Below are positions 10,269-19,072 of a stretch of DNA of 64,000 bases, one piece after another. This stretch comes from Eubacterium sp. GTDB taxonomy: Bacteria > Bacillota > Clostridia > Oscillospirales > Acutalibacteraceae. Made by a program: the position numbers and the translations under genes. Position 1 is the first letter of the stretch, and the number at the start of each line of letters is the position of its first letter. The notes under the pieces are model-generated. The model was not told where the DNA came from. It saw only the letters and a list, made by a program, of their open reading frames with translations, and searched no databases. The stretch is taken from the NCBI GenBank assembly GCA_017445905.1, contig JAFSRX010000013.1, forward strand, positions 15,815 through 79,814, read 5' to 3'.

Positions 10269-11962
10269 TGCTCTTAACAAGGTGGGGCAAGAATATATCT
10301 GAAACTCCGCTCTCTGAGTATCCAAGGCCTCAGTTTAAAAGAGAAAGCTACCTTTGTCTTAACGGAAAATGGCAGCTCTCTTTTTCTGCTCAGAAGAAAA
10401 TACCCGAAGAATTTGATGAAGAAATACTTGTTCCTTTTTCACCTGAAACTCCGCTTTCGGGAGTTTTAAGAGAGCTTAAAAATGATGAATATCTCCTTTA
10501 TCAAAAAAGCTTTACTCTTGATGACAGCTTTAATAAAGGCAGAGTTTTTATCAATTTCGGCGCAGTTGACCAGATTGCCGAAATTTATTTAAACGGCTCT
10601 TTTATCGGAGAGCATCACGGCGGATATACTCCCTTTTCTTTTGAAATTAGTAAGTATCTTAAAGACGGCGAAAACATACTTAATGTTATTGCCCAGGATA
10701 AATGCGAAGAAAATGAGTATTCAAGAGGAAAACAGAAAACAAAAAGGGGCGGCATCTGGTACACAAAGCAAAGTGGGATATGGCAGAGCGTCTGGCTTGA
10801 ATCAACTCCGTGGGAGTATATTAAATCAGTTAAAATAACTCCCGATTATGATAATGAACAGGTTAGCTTTGAATTTGAGAATGCCGACGGAGTTGAAATA
10901 TTAATTTATGATAATAAAGAGCTCATTGCCGACACAACTGATAAAACCGTAAAGCTTCCTCAGTTCAAAGAATGGTCGCCCGAAAATCCGTTTTTGTATG
11001 ACGTTGTTTTCAAATATAAAGAAGACAAAGTTAAATCATATTTTGGCATGAGAAAGTTTTCTCTCGGAAATGATGAAAAAGGAATAAAGCGTCTGTTTTT
11101 AAATAATAAACCCTATTTTCATAACGGACTACTTGACCAGGGCTATTATCCCGACGGATTTCTTACTCCGCCGAGCAATGAGGCGCTTGAAAATGACGTT
11201 AAAACTGTTAAGCAGTGCGGTTTTAATATGTTGAGAAAGCATATTAAAATTGAGCCGCTTCTCTGGTATCATTACTGCGATGTTAACGGAATAATTGTCT
11301 GGCAGGATATGATAAACGGAGGAGGAAAATACGGCGCTGAAATAAGCGTTCTTCCGTTTATGAATATCACTCTTGATGATACAAATTATAAAACCTTTAA
11401 GCGAATAAATGAAAAAGCAAGAGAGCTTTATTATAAAGAGCTTAAAGAAATGGTTGATTTGCTTTATAACTGCCCCTGTATTGCAATGTGGGTTCCTTTT
11501 AATGAAGGCTGGGGACAGTTCGACAGCAAAAAGGCGTATGAAATATTAAAAGGATGGGATAAAACAAGACTTGTTGATTCAGCTTCGGGCTGGCACGACC
11601 AGGGAATAAGCGATGTTATATCAAAGCATATCTATTTCACTCCGATAAAAGTTAAAGCAGGGAACAGACCTTATGTTTTATCGGAATTCGGCGGCTACGG
11701 ACTGAAAAAAGCGGGGCATACTTTTTCTGAAAAAATGTTCGGCTACCGTATTTATAAATCCGAAGAGAGCCTGACTAAAGCATATAAAAGACTTTATGAA
11801 AAGGTTATTATCCCTCAGATTAAAAAAGGACTTTCTGCAACTGTTTATACAGAGATTTCTGATGTTGAGGATGAACTCAACGGACTTTTAACCTACGACA
11901 GAGAAATTTTGAAAATAGATAAAAAAATATTAAGTGATATTAATTCAAAAGTTAAAATCTAA
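10268..11962 (+). CDS. Glycoside hydrolase family 2, cytoplasmic
   Basis: YPRPQF.R....LNG.W, FGAVD, PFNEGWGQ (acid/base Glu), LSEFGGY (nucleophile). TAATG overlap with the ABC gene. Confidence 0.88.
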   Translation: MLLTRWGKNISETPLSEYPRPQFKRESYLCLNGKWQLSFSAQKKIPEEFDEEILVPFSPETPLSGVLRELKNDEYLLYQKSFTLDDSFNKGRVFINFGAVDQIAEIYLNGSFIGEHHGGYTPFSFEISKYLKDGENILNVIAQDKCEENEYSRGKQKTKRGGIWYTKQSGIWQSVWLESTPWEYIKSVKITPDYDNEQVSFEFENADGVEILIYDNKELIADTTDKTVKLPQFKEWSPENPFLYDVVFKYKEDKVKSYFGMRKFSLGNDEKGIKRLFLNNKPYFHNGLLDQGYYPDGFLTPPSNEALENDVKTVKQCGFNMLRKHIKIEPLLWYHYCDVNGIIVWQDMINGGGKYGAEISVLPFMNITLDDTNYKTFKRINEKARELYYKELKEMVDLLYNCPCIAMWVPFNEGWGQFDSKKAYEILKGWDKTRLVDSASGWHDQGISDVISKHIYFTPIKVKAGNRPYVLSEFGGYGLKKAGHTFSEKMFGYRIYKSEESLTKAYKRLYEKVIIPQIKKGLSATVYTEISDVEDELNGLLTYDREILKIDKKILSDINSKVKI

Positions 11963-12010
11963 AGCCTTCTCCTTGAGGAGAAGGGGGACCGCTTGCGGTG
12001 GATGAGGTGT
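11963..12010. repeat. REP-like double hairpin
   Basis: ccttctcc-ttga-ggagaagg followed by accgc-tt-gcggt and ggatgaggtg, immediately after the GH2 stop. Confidence 0.55.
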
Positions 12011-12037
12011 ATGAATTAATAGAAAGGAAATATAATT

Positions 12038-12622
12038 ATGAATCAGCTTGAAATAAAAGAAGGCATAAAAGCAACAATCAAAACAAACAGGGGAGATATG
12101 ACCTTTATTCTTCTTCCCGAGGCAGCACCAAAGGCTGTTGAAAATTTCACAACTCACGCAAAAAACGGATATTATGACGGACTTATTTTCCACAGAGTTA
12201 TCAAAGACTTTATGATTCAGGGCGGCGACCCGAACTCAACAGGAATGGGCGGAGAGTCAATCTGGGGCGCACCATTTGAAGATGAATTTTCCCTTGATGC
12301 AAGAAATTACTATGGCGCTCTTTCAATGGCAAATTCAGGTCCGAACACAAACGGCTCTCAGTTCTTCATTGTTCAGGCTAAAACTGCGCCTCCTCAGATG
12401 CTTTCTCAGATGGAGGAGCTAACCGACAGAGGATATCCGAGAGAGTGCATTGATAATTATAAGGCAGTCGGCGGAACTCCGTGGCTTGATTTTCATCATA
12501 CGGTTTTCGGCCAATTAATTGAAGGCGCAGATGTTCTTGAGGATATTGCAGCAGTTCAAACAGGTATGAATGATAAGCCGTTATACGATGTTGTTATTGA
12601 AAAAATAGAAATATCAGAATAA
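12038..12622 (+). CDS. ppiB: Cyclophilin-type peptidyl-prolyl cis-trans isomerase
   Basis: [43 protein letters not shown]. Confidence 0.95.
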   Translation: MNQLEIKEGIKATIKTNRGDMTFILLPEAAPKAVENFTTHAKNGYYDGLIFHRVIKDFMIQGGDPNSTGMGGESIWGAPFEDEFSLDARNYYGALSMANSGPNTNGSQFFIVQAKTAPPQMLSQMEELTDRGYPRECIDNYKAVGGTPWLDFHHTVFGQLIEGADVLEDIAAVQTGMNDKPLYDVVIEKIEISE

Positions 12623-12656
12623 TATCGGATATTTATTTAATTTTTTGTTAACCCTA

Positions 12657-12684
12657 TTGACAAATAAAAAAACAATGGTAAAAT
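12657..12684 (+). promoter_or_regulatory. sigma-A promoter of groESL
   Basis: TTGACA (12657) and TG-extended TAAAAT (12679), 16-nt spacer. Confidence 0.75.
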
Positions 12685-12688
12685 ATGG

Positions 12689-12715
12689 TTAGCACTCAGG
12701 TAATGAGAGTGCTAA
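12689..12715 (+). promoter_or_regulatory. CIRCE element (HrcA operator)
   Basis: Exact TTAGCACTC-N9-GAGTGCTAA just downstream of the groES promoter. Confidence 0.97.
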
Positions 12716-12730
12716 AGAATTTGGCAGAGG

Positions 12731-12800
12731 GAGAAATGAGAATATAATAGCTGTCCGCAGCACCCGAAAATCTCCATTCTTCATTCTCCATTTTCAATTT
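12731..12800 (+). repeat. Truncated heptamer-armed mini-element (family copy E1)
   Basis: Core ataatagctgtccgcagcaccc matches the cores at 14861, 16081 and 28575; pyrimidine heptamer arm tccattc-ttcattc-tccattt-tcaattt. Confidence 0.6.
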
Positions 12801-12819
12801 AATATACGAGGTGATATAA

Positions 12820-13092
12820 ATGACTATTAAACCACTTGCAGACAGAGTTCTGCTCAAAGCTGTTGACGCTCAGGAAACAACTGAAAGCGGGCTCATTCTC
12901 GCTGCTTCTGCTCAGGAAAAGCCTGAAGTATCAGAGGTTATCGCAGTTGGACCGGGAACTGAAGAAAATCCTATGACAGTTAAGGTTGGAGATAAGGTTA
13001 TTATTTCCAAGTATTCAGGAACTCAGGTTAAACTTGACGGAGCTGAATATACAATAAGCGAAATCAAAGATATTCTTGCAGTAGTAGAGTAA
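12820..13092 (+). CDS. groES: Co-chaperonin GroES
   Basis: IKPLADRV, GLIL mobile loop, VIAVGPG, VKVGDKV. Confidence 0.98.
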   Translation: MTIKPLADRVLLKAVDAQETTESGLILAASAQEKPEVSEVIAVGPGTEENPMTVKVGDKVIISKYSGTQVKLDGAEYTISEIKDILAVVE

Positions 13093-14767
<1,675 letters not shown>

Positions 14768-14769
<2 letters not shown>

Positions 14770-14794
14770 AAAAAGCCCCATCGGGGCTTTTTTT
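14768..14794. terminator. Bidirectional intrinsic terminator
   Basis: A7-gcccc-atc-ggggc-T7. Confidence 0.88.
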
Positions 14795-14966
14795 AATGAA
14801 TAATTAAGAATTAAGAATTAAGAATTGAGGTTTCTCGCTTCGCTCGGTCAAATAATTATTATAATAGCCGTGCGTAGCCCTTGGAGCGGGCGCCAGACCC
14901 TTTTTTCTTGCAAACTCGACATTTCCCCTAACAGGGGAATAACCCGAAATTTTCCATTTTCAATTT
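14795..14966 (+). repeat. Heptamer-armed mini-element (E2) with an internal hairpin insert
   Basis: Left arm (AATTAAG)x3, conserved core ggtttctcgcttcgctcggtcaaataattattataatagccgtgcgtagcc, insert containing ttcccc-taaca-ggggaa, right arm ttttccattttcaattt. Confidence 0.65.
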
Positions 14967-14970
14967 GAGT

Positions 14971-16044
14971 TTATTTATAAACTCTTTCTATTCTTGGATT
15001 AACCATCAGCGGACTGATATCAACGGTTGCTAAATCGCCTGGTTTTATATCCGTTCCCGTTATATCTACTGCAGTGTGCGAAAGACCGATACCGCCGATA
15101 ACATAGTGCATTTCGCCGTTAATTCTGACATACATCTGCTTCTTTTTCAGAAATGCCTTGAAAATGCTTAAAACATATCTGAAATCATATAGCTCTTTTT
15201 CTTTTCCGAGACCGAAACCGTCATAGTGACCAATGGGAACTATGGCGATTTTTGTTTCTCTTTTTGTTTTATATGTTCCGTTATATCCGATTGAATATCC
15301 CTTGGGAACGGTTTTAACATCAACAACCTCTGCTTCAAGAACTCCGAGGCGGTTGAGCTTGGTTTTGCTTCTTGTTATAACCCTTCCTGTGAACGCTGAA
15401 CCAATGCGAACGGCGTCAAGACAAACGTCGCTGACATTGAGAAGAGCAGGGGAGTTTGCAGCATGGATAATTCCGATTTCTCCGACCTCTTTTTTTATCT
15501 GCTCCATAGTGTCTTTAAATAAAACAAGCTGAGCCTTTGTTAACTCGGCGTTTCTGAAAGCTGAAGAAAAATGAGTGTATGCGCCGATAAACTCAAGGTT
15601 TTCAAATGAATAACACTTGACAGCATCGTTAATCTCGCTCGGAAGAAAACCGTATCTTCCCATTCCCGTATCTATTTTCAAGTGGCATTTAACCTTAACG
15701 CCAAGCTCCTCGGCAACCTTGTTCATAATTTCGGCAGCATTAAGAGAGCCGATTGTTGCTATGGCGCAGTTTTGAGCAATGATTTTTGCTTCCTCATAAA
15801 CGGCTGTTGAGCGCATAACAAGAATATCCTCGTTATCAAGAATTTCTTTTAAAATCGGAATATCGGTAACCTCTGTTACGGCGAAGGTTTTAATCCCGTG
15901 TTTCTTGAGCTCAACGGTAAACTCCTTTATTCCGAAGCCGTATCCGTTGCCTTTAACAACACCGATAACCTCTGTTTTTGCTTTTTCTTTAATAAGCTCA
16001 ATGTTTTCACCGAGCTTTTCTTTATCTATAACATATCTGCTCAT
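14971..16044 (-). CDS. alr: Alanine racemase family protein
   Basis: VVKGNGYG (PLP Lys), HLKIDTGMGRYG, HAANS, IGYNG (catalytic Tyr), PIGHYDG. Confidence 0.85.
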   Translation of the reverse strand: MSRYVIDKEKLGENIELIKEKAKTEVIGVVKGNGYGFGIKEFTVELKKHGIKTFAVTEVTDIPILKEILDNEDILVMRSTAVYEEAKIIAQNCAIATIGSLNAAEIMNKVAEELGVKVKCHLKIDTGMGRYGFLPSEINDAVKCYSFENLEFIGAYTHFSSAFRNAELTKAQLVLFKDTMEQIKKEVGEIGIIHAANSPALLNVSDVCLDAVRIGSAFTGRVITRSKTKLNRLGVLEAEVVDVKTVPKGYSIGYNGTYKTKRETKIAIVPIGHYDGFGLGKEKELYDFRYVLSIFKAFLKKKQMYVRINGEMHYVIGGIGLSHTAVDITGTDIKPGDLATVDISPLMVNPRIERVYK

Positions 16045-16060
16045 ATATTTATCCTAATTA

Positions 16061-16160
16061 ATTACGAATCACGAGTTTTGGGTGCTGCGCACGGCTAGCA
16101 TAATTATTGTTTGAGCGTAGCGAGTAACCGAAAACTCGGAACTCGGCACTCGCAACTCGA
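16061..16160 (-). repeat. Heptamer-armed mini-element (E3), reverse orientation
   Basis: Reverse complement gives the core cggttactcgctacgctcaaacaataattatgctagccgtgcgcagcaccc; arm (AACTCGG)-like x4 at 16133-16160. Confidence 0.65.
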
Positions 16161-16164
16161 AGGT

Positions 16165-17202
16165 TTATCTGATTTTCTTTAATATCTTAGTTCCGAAATT
16201 ATAAAGATTATAAACGGGCTTATTGATAACATAGTCAAATTCGCCGATAAACTCTTTCATATATCCGCCGAAGCCGTGCTTGAATCTCCAAAGTCCGTAG
16301 TGCGGATTGTCGGGGTTCTGACAGTCGCCGCTTATTCCGCCGAAGTCATAAACCTTGCAGCCCTCATCCATGCCCCATTTAATCATTGCCCACTGAAGAG
16401 CATAGTTGGGATAAACATTTCTGTGTGCATTTGATGATGCGCCGTACTGATATTTCATAACGTTCTGTCCCCATTTAATGGCGAGCGTTCCTGCGATTGC
16501 TTTTCCGTCGTAGTATGCCATATAGAGCCTTGCGTCGTCGGTCATACAGTCGAGAATCTTTTCAAAATACCATTTCGGTCTTGTTGAAAATCCGTCTCTT
16601 TCGCCTGTTTCAGCCATAATTGCAACAAAGTCATCAAGCGCTTCTTTACCGCAGATTTTAACCTCAACGCCTTTTTTTGGAGCCTTACGGATTCTGTTTC
16701 TGTAGTCGCTTTTGAAGGTGAGCATAAGCTCGTCCTCATTCATACCGTTATAGTCGAAGCAATAAACAAATCTCGGCTGAACATTTTCAAAATCCATACA
16801 ACCCGGATTGAGCTCAACAAAGCCTTTTTTAACTAAATGCTCTTTGTATGCCTTGTTTTCAATAACAATTTCGGGATCGATTTTTATGCAGTATGCCTTA
16901 TATTCCTTTCCGATCTCAAGAAGCGCGTCAAAAAGCGCATCAAAGGTTTCAAAATCATCCTCATCTGCAACAAAACCTCTGCAGCAATACATAAGTGATG
17001 CTTTGATAACGGGGATTGAGCGGATTAAAACTGCGGCAGCACCTTTGATATTGCCGTTTTCATCCTTGAGCATAACTGCTTCCCATTTCCATGCGGACTT
17101 AACCTTTGCCCATTTGCTTGAATGCTGGAAGAGTCCCTTCGGGTGTGATTTTATAAAATTTTCATATTCTTCAAGATTGTTTTGGTTAACTCTTTCAATC
17201 AT
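16165..17202 (-). CDS. FemABX/MurM-family lipid II aminoacyltransferase
   Basis: FQHSSKWAKVK, IKIDP, QPRF, YQYGAS, NYALQWAMIKW, YDFGGI, GLWRFKHGFGG. Confidence 0.9.
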   Translation of the reverse strand: MIERVNQNNLEEYENFIKSHPKGLFQHSSKWAKVKSAWKWEAVMLKDENGNIKGAAAVLIRSIPVIKASLMYCCRGFVADEDDFETFDALFDALLEIGKEYKAYCIKIDPEIVIENKAYKEHLVKKGFVELNPGCMDFENVQPRFVYCFDYNGMNEDELMLTFKSDYRNRIRKAPKKGVEVKICGKEALDDFVAIMAETGERDGFSTRPKWYFEKILDCMTDDARLYMAYYDGKAIAGTLAIKWGQNVMKYQYGASSNAHRNVYPNYALQWAMIKWGMDEGCKVYDFGGISGDCQNPDNPHYGLWRFKHGFGGYMKEFIGEFDYVINKPVYNLYNFGTKILKKIR

Positions 17203-17284
17203 AATATATTTCTCCTAAAATTTATCTTAAATATTATAACATAGTTGGACGCAGTTGTAAAATGTATTTTCAATAATATTAATA

Positions 17285-17313
17285 TTGAAATTTTTATATA
17301 TTAATGGTAAAAT
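17285..17313 (+). promoter_or_regulatory. sigma-A promoter of the tepA-ftsK operon
   Basis: TTGAAA-17 nt-TAAAAT with a TG extension. Confidence 0.6.
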
Positions 17314-17367
17314 AAACTGATATTGTTTGTTTTGATGTATTTCGGCAATAATATTCTTGGTGATATT

Positions 17368-18069
17368 ATGTGTGAAGAAAAAGAAAACAAACAGGAAAAC
17401 GGTTGTGAAGAGAGCAATTCTTCTTTTGAAACAGGATCAATAACTGTTGAAAGCAGCGGGCATTTTATTCACTGCTTAACTATTATTGGTCAGATTGAGG
17501 GACATTATATTCTTCCCAGCCAGAATAAAACAACTAAATATGAGCATGTTATTCCTCAGCTTGTTGCCATAGAAGAAAGCAAGGAAATCGAAGGACTTCT
17601 GATTATTCTCAATACAGTTGGCGGTGATGTTGAAGCCGGACTGGCTATTGCAGAGCTTCTCTCAACAATGACAACGCCGACTGCTTCCCTTGTTCTCGGC
17701 GGAGGTCATTCAATCGGAGTCCCTCTTGCTGTAAGCTGTCAGAAGAGCTTTATCGTTCCAAGTGCAACGATGACAGTTCATCCTGTTCGAATGAACGGAA
17801 CAGTTCTCGGCGTTCCCCAAACGCTTTCTTATTTTGAAAAAATGCAGGATCGAATTGTTAATTTCATAGAAAATAATTCAAAAATCAGTGCAGAAGATTT
17901 CAGAAAGCTTATGATGAAAACAGGTGAGCTTATTATGGATGTTGGCTGTGTTCTTGATGGCGAGGGCGCTGTTGAGTGCGGACTCATTGATGAGCTTGGC
18001 GGGCTTTCAAGCGCGCTTTCATTTTTAAGCGACAGGATAGGTGAAAACAATGCTCCACACGATAATTAA
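17368..18069 (+). CDS. tepA: ClpP-like protease TepA
   Basis: [37 protein letters not shown] (Ser), TVHPVR (His); classic position upstream of ftsK/spoIIIE. Start set at ATG 17368. Confidence 0.85.
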   Translation: MCEEKENKQENGCEESNSSFETGSITVESSGHFIHCLTIIGQIEGHYILPSQNKTTKYEHVIPQLVAIEESKEIEGLLIILNTVGGDVEAGLAIAELLSTMTTPTASLVLGGGHSIGVPLAVSCQKSFIVPSATMTVHPVRMNGTVLGVPQTLSYFEKMQDRIVNFIENNSKISAEDFRKLMMKTGELIMDVGCVLDGEGAVECGLIDELGGLSSALSFLSDRIGENNAPHDN

Positions 18070-18265
18070 TCTTGACGATGTTTTTTATGATGAAAAAAGC
18101 TTTAATAACGTCAAAAATGAAAGGTCAAGCAACCCATATGATTATATAAGAACAGGCTGGTTTGTTGATAATTCAGCGCTGTTTGAAGGAGTTAACCATG
18201 TCAATTTTAGCAGCAATTATTCAAGCCATATTTCAGGCTGTAACATACATTCTTCCGTTAAGTGA
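18050..18265 (+). CDS. YlzJ-like small protein
   Basis: MLHTII...VF start and SSNPYDY motif; position between tepA and ftsK as in Bacillus. The 3' end overlaps the next gene. Confidence 0.5.
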   Translation: MLHTIINLDDVFYDEKSFNNVKNERSSNPYDYIRTGWFVDNSALFEGVNHVNFSSNYSSHISGCNIHSSVK

Positions 18266-19058
18266 AACAGGGCATTCAGCGATGTTCCACGATTTTGCAG
18301 GCAGATTTGATTCATCTGCCTCAGCAATAACGGGAATAATACATATAGGAATTGCAATCGGAATTATTATTGCAACATATAAACTGTTTCTTTCAATGTT
18401 AACTGAGTTTTTCGGAGTTTTCGGCGATCTTTTCAAAAAGAGGCTTACAACTGTACCTCCGAAACCTGCAAGAAAGTTTATGTATTATACGCTGCTTTCA
18501 TTTGTTCCGATGATTTTGTGGCTTATTCCGCTGGGTGAAAAAGGATTCTTATTCACATTTCTCAAAAACAGCGGATATAATAAAACCTTGCTTGATGACG
18601 GAATATTTTTCCTGATAACAGGCGCGATTGTTCTTTTATGTATCCGCCAGCTAAAGCTTTCAAATAATAATAAAAACGTTAATCTTATTTATTCACTGAT
18701 TATCGGTTTTGCAAGTGTTATTCTTGTACCTGTTTCGGGACTGAGCTTTTTATTCGGAGTTTTCGCAATATTAATGCTCCTCGGAGTAACTAGAAAGATT
18801 TCGCTGAGATATTCTTTTGTTATGAACGTTCCCGTTTTGATTGTGATGGGATTTATTGAAATATTTACTTCAAGCGAAGCGGCAAATATTATTGCTGCAA
18901 TAATCGGCTTTATACTCAGCGCAGCAGTATCATTCCTTTGCGTTAAGATACTCAAATGGATTATCAAAAATGAGAAACTCAAGTATTTTGCATATTATGA
19001 TTTAAGCGTTGGCGCTTTAGCGATAATTATCGGAATTTTCGAACTTATTTTAAGATAA
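18198..19058 (+). CDS. UppP/BacA-family membrane protein with degenerate catalytic motifs
   Basis: Overall BacA pattern ([13 protein letters not shown], multi-TM, F..Y at the C-terminus), but motif 1 and the PGxSRS motif are altered. GGAG RBS before ATG 18198. Confidence 0.75.
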   Translation: MSILAAIIQAIFQAVTYILPLSETGHSAMFHDFAGRFDSSASAITGIIHIGIAIGIIIATYKLFLSMLTEFFGVFGDLFKKRLTTVPPKPARKFMYYTLLSFVPMILWLIPLGEKGFLFTFLKNSGYNKTLLDDGIFFLITGAIVLLCIRQLKLSNNNKNVNLIYSLIIGFASVILVPVSGLSFLFGVFAILMLLGVTRKISLRYSFVMNVPVLIVMGFIEIFTSSEAANIIAAIIGFILSAAVSFLCVKILKWIIKNEKLKYFAYYDLSVGALAIIIGIFELILR

Positions 19059-19072
19059 AAGAGGAAGATTAA

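Noticed and set aside
12646-12664. Rex-like inverted repeat TTGTTAA-N5-TTGACAA upstream of groES
   Set aside because: The spacer is 5 rather than 4 nt and the right half is simply the -35 box; CIRCE already explains the regulation.
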